Sequence record: SRR31156797_1413
Strand: one strand, 5' to 3'
DNA: 64,000 nt
Positions within the stretch are counted from its first letter, which is position 1, and each line of letters starts with the position of its first letter. Below, piece by piece: positions 48,547 through 58,800 of the stretch. The notes under the pieces are model-generated. The model ran no database searches, was not told the DNA's origin, and saw only the letters and a program-made list of their open reading frames with translations. Both the position numbers and the translations under genes were made by a program.

Positions 48547-49020
48547 ATGAAGTTAGAAGATTACCACCGCTTAACCAAACAAGCTGTTGCTTTATTAGAA
48601 TCAGAACCAGATTTAATAGCAAACTTGTCAAATTTAAGCGCACTGCTCAACATGGAGTTACAAGACCTTAACTGGGTTGGTTTCTACCTGATCCGAGACG
48701 GTGAGTTGGTATTAGGCCCTTTCCAAGGAAAACCTGCCTGTGTAAGAATCCCTGTTGGACGTGGCGTATGCGGTACTGCAGTATCAACGAACAGTGTCCA
48801 ACGCGTATACGATGTTCATGAATTTGAAGGCCATATTGCTTGTGATGCAGCAAGTAATTCTGAAATTGTGATTCCATTTTCTATCAATGACGAAGTCGCA
48901 GGTGTCCTCGATATTGATAGCCCAAGTGTCGGACGTTTCTCTGAAATTGATGAACAAGGCCTTACATTTTTGATGACAGAAGTAGAAAACCTGCTCAATT
49001 CGCAGGCTAACAAGGCATAA
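48547..49020 (+). CDS. msrC: Free methionine-R-sulfoxide reductase (GAF domain)
   Basis: NWVGFY, LGPFQGKPAC, GVCG, HIACD and VLDIDSP motifs. Confidence 0.93.
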   Translation: MKLEDYHRLTKQAVALLESEPDLIANLSNLSALLNMELQDLNWVGFYLIRDGELVLGPFQGKPACVRIPVGRGVCGTAVSTNSVQRVYDVHEFEGHIACDAASNSEIVIPFSINDEVAGVLDIDSPSVGRFSEIDEQGLTFLMTEVENLLNSQANKA

Positions 49021-49119
49021 TTTGTCTTTTGCCTGTGGTTTTTCGTATTCATGTCACTATAATACCGAACATATTTACTCTTAATGCTCGCGGACCAGCC
49101 GCATAAACCAGGAATCCTC

Positions 49120-49743
49120 ATGGAAAACACTGAAAAGTTAAAAAACAGCAAAGAAGTTATTGCGTACATTGCTGAATGTTTCCCGAAATGCTTTACTTTA
49201 GAGGGTGAAGCTAAACCGCTTAAAATTGGTATTTTTCAAGATCTTGCTGAACGCCTTGGCGAAGATCCAAAAGTTAGTAAAACTCAGCTTCGTGCAGCGT
49301 TAAGACAGTACACTTCTTCATGGCGTTACCTACACGGCGTAAAACCTGGTGCAGTTCGTGTAGACTTAGATGGTAATGCTTGTGGTGAACTAGAAGAGCA
49401 ACACGTAGAACATGCAAAAACAGCATTAGCTGAAAGCAAAGCTCGTGTTGATGCGCGCCGTAAAGAACAAGGTAAGAAAGCTCGTGAAGAGGCGAAAGCG
49501 AAGCCAAAAGCGAAAAAGGCTCAACCTCGTCGTCCTCAAAACAAAGGGCCAAAACCAGAAAGCAAACCTGTTGAAACTCGCGCTTTGAACTCTGATGAAA
49601 TGATCGTAGGCAAAGAAGTGAATATCAACATGGGCAAAGGCAACATGGCAGCGACCATCGTTGAAATTAATAAGGAAGATGTTCGTGTTCAACTTGGTAA
49701 CGGCCTTCAAATGGTTGTAAAAGCGGAGCACTTGCGCGCCTAA
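49120..49743 (+). CDS. proQ: RNA chaperone ProQ
   Basis: MENTEKL...[10 protein letters not shown]...YTSSWRYL...RVDLDG plus a Tudor-like C-terminus. Confidence 0.97.
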   Translation: MENTEKLKNSKEVIAYIAECFPKCFTLEGEAKPLKIGIFQDLAERLGEDPKVSKTQLRAALRQYTSSWRYLHGVKPGAVRVDLDGNACGELEEQHVEHAKTALAESKARVDARRKEQGKKAREEAKAKPKAKKAQPRRPQNKGPKPESKPVETRALNSDEMIVGKEVNINMGKGNMAATIVEINKEDVRVQLGNGLQMVVKAEHLRA

Positions 49744-49760
49744 AGGAGAAACTCCTACGC

Positions 49761-51758
49761 ATGAAATGCCGTTCAAAATGGACTCTGATAGCTGCTAGCA
49801 TTTGGCTAGCAGCTTCGTCAGCTCAGGCTGTAGAAGCCAATATTCATAAAGAAGACCTTCCAGTTCTTGTTCCTGAAACTCAACATGAAACTGCAGCAAA
49901 GAGGGTAACTTCTCGTTTTACTCGTTCCCACTACAAACATTTCAGTCTTGACGATCAGTTCTCTCAAGCTATTTTTGAACGTTATGTAGAACTACTCGAT
50001 TATAACCGCAGTCTATTCACACAAGCTGACATCGACTCATTTAAGTCGAAATCGGTTCAACTTGATGATGAACTCAAGGCAGGCGACAACTCGATTGCTT
50101 TTGAAGTGTATAACTTATCGATGAATCGTCGTTTTGAGCGCTTTCAATATGCCTTGTCTCTTCTTGACAACGAAATAAAGTTTGATATCGATGAATCGAT
50201 TGAGATTGATCGTTCTGAAGCCTCATGGCCAAAGAATCAGGCGGAAGTTGATGAGTTGTGGCGTAAAAGAGTTAAGTACGATGCGTTGAGTCTAAAGTTA
50301 ACGGGTAAAGAGTGGCCTGAAATCAAAGAGACACTGTCTAAACGTTACAACAACGCAATTAAACGCTTAACTCAAACTCACAGTGAAGATGTATTTCAGC
50401 TGTACATGAATGCGTTTGCACGTCAGGTGGATCCTCACACCAGTTACCTTTCTCCACGTAATGCTGAACAATTCCAGTCAGAGATGAACTTGTCTCTGGA
50501 AGGTATTGGTGCAGTGTTACAGATGACCGATGACTATACCGTGATAAGCTCTCTCGTTGCTGGTGGCCCAGCGGCAAGCAGTAAGCAATTGTCTGAAGGG
50601 GATCGAATCGTCGGTGTTGGTCAGGACGGTGAAGATTTGGTGGATGTGATTGGCTGGCGTCTTGATGACGTTGTGCAGTTAATCAAAGGGCCAAAAGGCA
50701 CTAAGGTCAACTTAGAAATTTTGCCTGATGGTAAAGATGCTAAACGTCACGTTGTCACAATTGTTCGCGATAAAATCCGTTTGGAAGATAGAGCAGTTAA
50801 GTCAGAAATTATTGAGAAAGACGGTAAGAAGATAGGTGTGCTTGAAGTACCTAGCTTCTATGTTGGACTTTCCAAAGATACCGATAAGCTGATCACTAAG
50901 CTAAAACAAGATAATGTAGACGGTATTATTGTTGATTTGCGTAACAATGGTGGTGGCGCACTGACTGAAGCGACAGCATTGTCAGGCTTATTTATCACTA
51001 GCGGACCGGTTGTTCAGGTGAGAGACAGTTACGGCCGAGTTAACGTTAACAGTGATACTGATGGCAAGATTAGCTACGACGGTCCAATGACTGTGCTGGT
51101 CAACAGCTACAGTGCTTCAGCTTCTGAGATTTTTGCAGCGGCAATGCAAGATTATGGTCGAGCGGTCATCTTGGGTGAAAACTCGTTTGGTAAAGGTACG
51201 GTACAGCAACATCGCTCTCTAAATCATATCTACGATATGTTTGATAAAGAGTTAGGTTATGTTCAGTACACAATCCAAAAGTTTTATCGAATTGACGGTG
51301 GCAGTACCCAAAATAAAGGTGTTGTACCCGATATTGCTTTCCCGGCTGCGATTGAAGCCTCTGAAACAGGCGAAAGTGTGGAAGATAACGCGCTTCCATG
51401 GGATAGCATCGATAAAGCCAAGTATGCGAAATTGAATGACTTCTCATCGCTAATTCCGGCATTAACCACTCAACACCAGCAACGTATTGCTTCAGATATG
51501 GAATTTGGTTTTATCGCGCAAGATATAGCTAAGTATAAAGCTGAAAAAGGTGATAATTCGCTGTCATTGAATGAAAAAGTGCGTAAGCAGGAAAGTGATG
51601 CGGCTGATGAAGAGCGATTGAGTCGAATCAATCAGCGCCAAAAAGCAGCAGGTAAGGAAATTTATAAAACGTTGGATGATGTGCCAAAAGATTATGAACT
51701 TCCTGATGCGTATTTAAATGAATCAGTATCGATCATGATTGATATGCTGAAATCATAA
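49761..51758 (+). CDS. prc: Tail-specific protease Prc
   Basis: DPHTSYLSP, a PDZ domain, DLRNNGGG, SASASEI and FGKGTVQ motifs. Confidence 0.97.
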   Translation: MKCRSKWTLIAASIWLAASSAQAVEANIHKEDLPVLVPETQHETAAKRVTSRFTRSHYKHFSLDDQFSQAIFERYVELLDYNRSLFTQADIDSFKSKSVQLDDELKAGDNSIAFEVYNLSMNRRFERFQYALSLLDNEIKFDIDESIEIDRSEASWPKNQAEVDELWRKRVKYDALSLKLTGKEWPEIKETLSKRYNNAIKRLTQTHSEDVFQLYMNAFARQVDPHTSYLSPRNAEQFQSEMNLSLEGIGAVLQMTDDYTVISSLVAGGPAASSKQLSEGDRIVGVGQDGEDLVDVIGWRLDDVVQLIKGPKGTKVNLEILPDGKDAKRHVVTIVRDKIRLEDRAVKSEIIEKDGKKIGVLEVPSFYVGLSKDTDKLITKLKQDNVDGIIVDLRNNGGGALTEATALSGLFITSGPVVQVRDSYGRVNVNSDTDGKISYDGPMTVLVNSYSASASEIFAAAMQDYGRAVILGENSFGKGTVQQHRSLNHIYDMFDKELGYVQYTIQKFYRIDGGSTQNKGVVPDIAFPAAIEASETGESVEDNALPWDSIDKAKYAKLNDFSSLIPALTTQHQQRIASDMEFGFIAQDIAKYKAEKGDNSLSLNEKVRKQESDAADEERLSRINQRQKAAGKEIYKTLDDVPKDYELPDAYLNESVSIMIDMLKS

Positions 51759-51785
51759 TTTAGCATAACTATTAATGAGTTAATT

Positions 51786-51810
51786 AGCGGGCATATATGC
51801 CCGCTTTTTT
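51786..51810 (+). terminator. Rho-independent terminator after prc
   Basis: AGCGGGCAT-AT-ATGCCCGCTTTTTT. Confidence 0.8.
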
Positions 51811-51839
51811 ATTGCCAAGCGAAAATATGGGCAAGTGAA

Positions 51840-51855
51840 TGTGATGTTGGTCAAA
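51840..51855. promoter_or_regulatory. Candidate CRP site
   Basis: TGTGA-TGTTGG-TCAAA upstream of the 51913 gene. Confidence 0.4.
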
Positions 51856-51912
51856 TAATTTAGCGAAATTATTGATGAGATCCTAAGCTTAAAGAAAGTG
51901 AGGGGGAGCGCT

Positions 51913-52587
51913 ATGAAATGGATTACAATTATTTTCGCTTGTCTTAGCCTAGTAGTAACAAGCTCAGTATACAGTAGTAGTGATAGGCCAACGAATGACC
52001 TAACACAGTTTGATCAGCCGTTTCTTTTAGGGGATTGGTATTTACTGAATCCTGAACCAGAATCAACGGAAGAAAACTTTCTGGCAATAAAACTGAACTT
52101 TGAATCGGACTACACATTCGCGATTGATATTCAGAAGAAAGACTACAGCGTTGACCATTGGGAAGGTTTTTACACCGCCAACAGTGACACCATCATTCTT
52201 GGCTTACACAGCGATGATCCGCAAGTCTATGAATATAAGAGCAACCACAATATGTTGTTCTTAAACGGTGTGACTTTTACCAAAGCATTGCCTAATGCGC
52301 TTGCTGGAATGTGGTCGAGCAACTCTTTATCAGGGCGAGATTTGTACGAGGATAAACTCAAAGAAGTACTGCTTATCTTACAACCTGATTTTGTATTTTT
52401 GTTCAAAGCCAGTGGGATTGATGGCAACGAAACCATTCATCAGGGCGTATATTACATGGAAGGCGATCACCTTGTTTTACTTTACGAGTCTGGTGAGCAA
52501 GACACTCGATACACGTTGAACAATGACCAACTGACGTTAGATGTTGAAGGTGGTTCTATGTACGCGGTATTGGATCGAATACGGTAA
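51913..52587 (+). CDS. Exported hypothetical protein with two similar beta-rich (lipocalin-like) halves
   Basis: GGGGAG SD; signal peptide; LLGDW..F..D..F..G.Y...D...L unit repeated as LAGMW..L..D..F..G.Y...D...L. Confidence 0.7.
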   Translation: MKWITIIFACLSLVVTSSVYSSSDRPTNDLTQFDQPFLLGDWYLLNPEPESTEENFLAIKLNFESDYTFAIDIQKKDYSVDHWEGFYTANSDTIILGLHSDDPQVYEYKSNHNMLFLNGVTFTKALPNALAGMWSSNSLSGRDLYEDKLKEVLLILQPDFVFLFKASGIDGNETIHQGVYYMEGDHLVLLYESGEQDTRYTLNNDQLTLDVEGGSMYAVLDRIR

Positions 52588-52643
52588 ATTCTCCTATTAT
52601 TATCAGTGAAATAACGCTTTGTTTTGTATATTTTTTAAGCATA

Positions 52644-52677
52644 AAAAGAGATAGTTTGCTAAGACTATCTCTTTTTT
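52644..52677 (+). terminator. Rho-independent terminator
   Basis: AAAAGAGATAGT-TTGCTAAG-ACTATCTCTTTTTT. Confidence 0.75.
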
Positions 52678-52729
52678 GTTAAATGGGGTTGTTATTGGCG
52701 TTAACAAGCCTAAGATCTGTATTGTCATA

Positions 52730-52762
52730 TATACCTAAGTCACCTCAAGATGCTGGTTCAGC
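52730..52762 (+). repeat. ERIC/IRU-like terminal half element upstream of pepN
   Basis: TATACCTAAGTCACCTCAAGATGC; 22/24 identical to the hrpA-end copy. Confidence 0.65.
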
Positions 52763-52813
52763 GAGAATGTATTCGCTCTTAGATATACCATTATGTAAAA
52801 AAGGATTCCGACA

Positions 52814-55420
52814 ATGGATCAAACTCCTCAAGCCAAATATCGTAAAGATTATACTCAACCTACTCACCAGATTTCCCAAATCGACCTAACGTTTGATCTG
52901 TTTGATACAGAGACAACGGTCACTGCAATATCACAAGTTAAACAGATGCAAGACAGCACAACTCTCGTGTTGGACGGTGAAGGCTTGACGTTGCAAGCAT
53001 TAAAAGTGAATGGCGTTGATTGGCAAGAATATACTCAGCAAGAAGCTAGCTTAGAGATTCGTCAGTTACCTGCAGAATTTGAGTTAACCATTGTTACCTT
53101 GATTAACCCAGAAGCGAACAGTGCATTAGAAGGGTTATATAAATCTGGTGGTGCTTTTTGTACTCAATGTGAAGCCGAAGGTTTCCGTCGTATCACTTAC
53201 TATTTAGATCGTCCAGATGTGTTAGCGAAATACACCACAACGGTGATCGCTGACCAAGCACAATATCCGTTCTTACTCAGCAACGGTAACAAAGTTGAAC
53301 AAGGTGAAGCAGAAAATGGACGCCACTGGGTCAAATGGCAAGATCCACATCCAAAGCCTGCATACTTATTTGCACTTGTTGCCGGTGATTTTGATGTTTT
53401 GCGTGATAAGTACGTAACAAAGTCAGGCTGTAACGTAGATTTAGAAATCTTCGTCGATAAAGGCAACTTAGATCGTGCGAATCATGCAATGGTCTCTCTG
53501 GTTAACTCGATGAAATGGGACGAAGAGCGTTTCGGTTTAGAATACGATTTAGACATCTACATGATTGTTGCTGTTGATTTCTTCAACATGGGCGCGATGG
53601 AAAACAAAGGTCTAAACGTTTTCAACTCGAAGTTCGTGTTGGCCAATGATCAAACAGCGACAGATACCGACTACCTTGGTATTGAGGCTGTCATCGGTCA
53701 CGAATATTTTCATAACTGGACCGGAAACCGTGTTACCTGTCGAGACTGGTTCCAGCTTAGTTTGAAAGAAGGGCTTACCGTTTTCCGTGATCAGGAATTC
53801 TCGTCAGACTTAGGCTCTCGTGCTGTTAACCGTATTAACAATGTGCGTATCATCCGTGGTCCACAGTTTGCAGAAGATGCAAGCCCGATGTCACACCCAA
53901 TTCGTCCTGAAAAAGTGATAGAAATGAATAACTTCTATACTTTAACAGTTTACGAAAAGGGCAGTGAAGTTATTCGCATGATGCACACTTTACTCGGCGA
54001 AGACGGTTTCCAAAAAGGCATGAAGTTGTACTTTGAGCGTCATGATGGCACGGCTGCAACATGTGAAGACTTTGTTTCGGCGATGGAAGATGCATCAGGT
54101 GTTGACTTAAAACAGTTCCGTTTATGGTATAGCCAATCGGGTACGCCAACAGTGAAAGTAAGCAGCGAATACAATGCAGACCAAAACACCTACGCTTTGA
54201 CTATTGCTCAACTTACAGAACCCACTCACGATCAAAAAGATAAGAAACCGCTACATATTCCGTTTGATGTTGAGTTATACGCACAAGATGGTTCTGTTAT
54301 TCCGTTACAGTGTAATGGCTCTCCTGTCGCTAATGTTCTGAACGTCACTGAAGCGGAACAAAGGTTTGTGTTTGAAAATGTCACGGAGCAACCCGTTCCT
54401 TCTCTCCTAAGAGAGTTTTCTGCGCCAGTAAAACTTGAATACGATTATTCTGATGAAGAGTTGGTATTCCTAATGTCGAATGCGACGAATGAATTTGCCC
54501 GTTGGGATGCTGGTCAAATCATGATGGCGAAATACATCCGTGATAATGTGGTTCGAGTGCAAAACGGTCAGGAAGTTGAATTAACGGAGGTTGTTATCGA
54601 CGCATTCCGTGGTGTATTGCTGAACGATTCTCTTGAGCCTGCGTTTGTTGCGGAAATGCTGTCACTTCCAAGTCATAACGAAGTGTCAGGTTGGTATAAG
54701 ACGGTTGACGTTGATGCCGTTGCGAAAGTGCTGAAAGGCTTTAAAGTTATTCTGGCAAAAGAGCTGGAAGATGAGTTAAGTGCTACTTACCATACTCTTA
54801 ACCAAGCTGATTACACAATTAGCCATGATGCAATCGGTAAACGTGCACTACGTAATATTTGTTTATCTTTCCTAGCTTATACCGATCAAGGAAATGAGTT
54901 GGCTGACAAGCAGTATAAACAAGCGAATAATATGACGGACACTATCGCGGCCATGAATGCAGCGAATAGTGCAGGGCTTGAATGCCGTGAAGCGCAAATG
55001 TCTGACTACAGCGACAAATGGAAACATGATGGTCTGGTGATGGATAAGTGGTTTATGCTGCAAGGATGCAATCCTGCAAGTAATGCACTGGAAGTGATCA
55101 AAAAAACCATGAGCCACGAAGCGTTTAGTTTGAAGAATCCTAACCGTACTCGTAATTTAATTGGTGCGTTCTTAAATAATAACCCGGTTAATTTCCACGA
55201 TAAGAGTGGCGCTGGCTATCGATTTGCTGGTGAGATTTTACGTGAGCTTAATAGCAGCAACCCGCAAGTGGCATCACGTTTGATTGACCCGTTGTTAAAA
55301 TTCCGTAAGTACGATGAAGAGCGACAAGCGCTGATCAAAAAAGAGCTAGAGCAGTTAAAAGCGATGGATAATCTGGCGAAAGATCTTTTTGAAAAAGTGT
55401 CTAAAGCATTGGAAGATTAA
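52814..55420 (+). CDS. pepN: Aminopeptidase N
   Basis: TQCEAEGFRR, GAMENK, HEYFH(x18)E and YEKG motifs. Confidence 0.98.
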   Translation: MDQTPQAKYRKDYTQPTHQISQIDLTFDLFDTETTVTAISQVKQMQDSTTLVLDGEGLTLQALKVNGVDWQEYTQQEASLEIRQLPAEFELTIVTLINPEANSALEGLYKSGGAFCTQCEAEGFRRITYYLDRPDVLAKYTTTVIADQAQYPFLLSNGNKVEQGEAENGRHWVKWQDPHPKPAYLFALVAGDFDVLRDKYVTKSGCNVDLEIFVDKGNLDRANHAMVSLVNSMKWDEERFGLEYDLDIYMIVAVDFFNMGAMENKGLNVFNSKFVLANDQTATDTDYLGIEAVIGHEYFHNWTGNRVTCRDWFQLSLKEGLTVFRDQEFSSDLGSRAVNRINNVRIIRGPQFAEDASPMSHPIRPEKVIEMNNFYTLTVYEKGSEVIRMMHTLLGEDGFQKGMKLYFERHDGTAATCEDFVSAMEDASGVDLKQFRLWYSQSGTPTVKVSSEYNADQNTYALTIAQLTEPTHDQKDKKPLHIPFDVELYAQDGSVIPLQCNGSPVANVLNVTEAEQRFVFENVTEQPVPSLLREFSAPVKLEYDYSDEELVFLMSNATNEFARWDAGQIMMAKYIRDNVVRVQNGQEVELTEVVIDAFRGVLLNDSLEPAFVAEMLSLPSHNEVSGWYKTVDVDAVAKVLKGFKVILAKELEDELSATYHTLNQADYTISHDAIGKRALRNICLSFLAYTDQGNELADKQYKQANNMTDTIAAMNAANSAGLECREAQMSDYSDKWKHDGLVMDKWFMLQGCNPASNALEVIKKTMSHEAFSLKNPNRTRNLIGAFLNNNPVNFHDKSGAGYRFAGEILRELNSSNPQVASRLIDPLLKFRKYDEERQALIKKELEQLKAMDNLAKDLFEKVSKALED

Positions 55421-55488
55421 GGCAGAGTTTAAGGTGGTATCGAAAGGTACCGCCTTTTTTTAACTTTCTAGACTGTATCTAAGTTTTC

Positions 55489-55707
55489 ATGAAGCATTAT
55501 TATTTTTCACTTAACATAACGTATCAGGCGTTTATTGCTCATTATTCGGGAGCGGCCAGTAGTGTACTGGTTGTTACTGACCAAGGTTTGAAATTGCAGT
55601 TACCTGCTGCGAGGTTTCGTCCATTTCTTAGTCAGCTAGGGGTTAAAGGCCGCTTTAGGCTGACAACTGACGGCGAAAATAAGTTTCTTAAGTTAGAAAT
55701 GCTGTAA
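55489..55707 (+). CDS. DUF2835-family small protein
   Basis: Y.F.L.I.Y..F..HY.G.A..V...G..LQLPA.RFRPFL...GV.G.F pattern. Confidence 0.75.
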   Translation: MKHYYFSLNITYQAFIAHYSGAASSVLVVTDQGLKLQLPAARFRPFLSQLGVKGRFRLTTDGENKFLKLEML

Positions 55708-55892
55708 TTGGTAATTTCTACAGGTGTTTAATTAGGTATCTTAGTCACATTATCAAACATTCGCCTGTTCAATTACGTTAAAACTATTAACGTTTATTTT
55801 ATAAAACTTTTACAATAACTCATGCATTACCAGCAGTAAGTTATATGCTTACTGCATCCCCTACAAAACATAATTCTAATCTGGAGTCGCCT

Positions 55893-58800
55893 ATGACCGC
55901 GCGTGAGACTTTGATGCCGGTTCTACTTGAAAAAGTATACCAACTGATTCAAGACAAACTTGAGCCTAAGCAACAACCTTTGGTAACTCAACTCGCTCAA
56001 CACTTATTTAGTAACGTTTCGCAAGATGATCTTGATGAGCGAAACGAGTCAGATCTTTATGGTGCCGTTGTGAGTCTTTGGCATCATGTCAGTGAGAAGA
56101 AGAGTGAGGATTACTCAGTAAGAGTATTTAATCCGACGGTTAGCCGACACGGCTGGGAATCCACTCATACTATCGTAGAAATTGCTGTACCAGATGGACC
56201 TTTCCATGTGGACTCAATCAAGATGGCACTGAGCAGGCTCGATTTAACATCGCACCTTATGCTGAATGGTCCAACACAGATTGACCGTGATGCAAAAGGC
56301 GAGGTTAAGAGCATTAATCAAGGCGAAGGACCGCTCCAATCTTTATTCCATATCGAGGTTGATCGATTAAGTAATAAAGAAGAAATGAAAAAACTTCAGG
56401 AAGAATTATTAGATATCTTACGCGATACTGAATTAGTCGTGCAAGATTGGAAACCTATGGTAGATAAATTGGATCAAGTGATTAAGCAGCTTGAGTCTGA
56501 TGTTGATCATCTACCTATGGATTCAGATCGTTTTCAAGAAACCATGGCGTTTCTTCGTTGGCTTGGTGATCATAACTTTACCTTTATGGGCTACAAAGAG
56601 TATGACCTGGTTAACATTGAAGGGGATACTGAGCTTCAACCAACGCAAGAAGCTGGTTTGGGGTTATTCTCAGAAAAAGATCGTGTTCGCACCGTCAAGT
56701 TATCCGAATTCTCTGATTCTGCTCGTTTAGAAGCGAAGAAGGCGTACTTGTTGATCTTAACGAAAGGTAACAAACAGTCTCGCATTCACCGTCCGGCTTA
56801 TACTGACTACATTGGTATCAAGAAATTTGATAAAAACGGCAAAGTGGTTGGGGAACACCGCTTTACCGGTCTCTACACTTCAGCGGTATATAATCAGGCA
56901 GTACAAAGCATCCCACTAATCCGAGAAAAAGTGGAACGAATTTTGGTTGCGAGTGGTTACCGTGAAGGTTCGTACGCTTACAAAGCACTGCATAATATTC
57001 TAGAAAACTATCCTCGTGATGAACTATTACAAGCAAGCGAAGAAGAACTGTTAGAAGTCGGTATGGGCGTTGTTCAAATGCAAGACCGTGACCTATTGCG
57101 TTTGTTCGTTCGCAAAGACCCGTTTGGTCGCTTCTTTAGTTGCATGGTGTACGTGACGAAAGAGCGTTACAACACAGAGTTACGTCGTCAAACTCAACGT
57201 ATTTTCAAACAGTATTTTGGTTGTGAGCAAGAAGTTGAATTTACCACTTTCTTCTCAGAAAGCCCGCTAGCAAGAACCCATTACATCGTTCGTGTTGATA
57301 ACAACAATATGGACGTCGATGTTAAAAAAATAGAGCAAAACTTAATGGAAGCATCAACGACTTGGGATGATCGATTGTCAGAAGCTATCGTTGCGAATAG
57401 TGGCGAAAGTAAAGGTTTACCGTTATCGAAGCAATACCTGCACGCATTCCCTCGCTCTTATAAAGAAGATGTTATGCCAGCTTCTGCGGTAGCCGATATC
57501 GAGCGATTAGAAGCACTTAACGAACAAAACAAATTAGGTATGCTGTTTTATCGTCCACAAGAGGAGTCGAAAGATTCTAGAGCGGTACGACTAAAACTGT
57601 ATCACCGTGATGAGCCTATTCACCTTTCTGACGTGATGCCAATGCTGGAAAACCTTGGTTTGCGCGTTATTGGTGAATCTCCGTATGAAGTGGTGAAATC
57701 TAATGGTCAAGTTTATTGGATCTTAGATTTCTCTATGCTGCATAAGAGTGACAGTCAGGTAGATCTACGTGAAGCTCGCGATCGCTTCCAACAAGCATTT
57801 GCGGCAATTTGGAATGGTGATCTTGAGAGTGACGGATTTAACCGCTTGGTACTGGGTGCTTCATTAACCGGTCGTGAAGTCTCGATTCTTCGTGCCTATG
57901 CGCGCTACATGCGTCAAGTGGGCTTCCCATTCAGTCAACAATACATTGAAGATACACTCAGTCATTATCCAGATCTTGCTAAAGGCTTGGTTGATCTGTT
58001 TGTTCGCCGTTTTGATCCTAAGTTTAAAGGCGCTCAAAAAGGGCAAACTGATCTGATTAAGAAGATGACTGAACAATTGGATTATGTAGAAAGCTTGGAT
58101 GATGACCGTATAATCCGCCGTTATATGGAAATGATTTCGGCAACGTACCGTACCAACTACTACCAAACAGACGAAAACAAGCAGGCAAAACCTTGGTTAG
58201 CATTGAAAATGAAGCCGAGTGAAATCCCAGAGATTCCAGCGCCTGTACCCGCGTTTGAAATTTTCGTTTATGCGCCAGACATTGAAGGTGTTCACCTACG
58301 TGGTGGTAAAGTCGCTCGCGGTGGTCTGCGTTGGTCGGATCGTCAGGAAGATTTCCGTACAGAAATTCTTGGTCTAGTTAAAGCACAACAAGTTAAAAAC
58401 ACCGTTATTGTGCCAGTGGGCGCGAAAGGTGGGTTTGTTTGTAAGAAGCAATACCTGTTTAACACCCGTGATGAGATTTTTGCTGAAGGCCAGCGTTGTT
58501 ACAAACGTTTCATCCGTGCACTACTTGATGTCAGCGATAACATCATTGAGGGTGAAGTTGCGCCACCAGTCAATGTCGTTCGTCACGATGAAGATGACCC
58601 GTATTTGGTTGTCGCGGCGGATAAAGGTACTGCTACCTTCTCAGATTTAGCGAACTCCGTATCAGAAGAATACAACTTCTGGCTGGGTGATGCGTTTGCT
58701 TCTGGTGGTTCAAACGGTTACGACCATAAAGCTATGGGTATTACCGCCAAAGGTGGTTGGGAATCGGTTAAGCGTCACTTCCGTGAAATTGGTATCAACT

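Noticed and set aside
52683-52889. 68-aa ORF overlapping the pepN start
   Set aside because: Crosses the ERIC-like repeat and overlaps pepN out of frame
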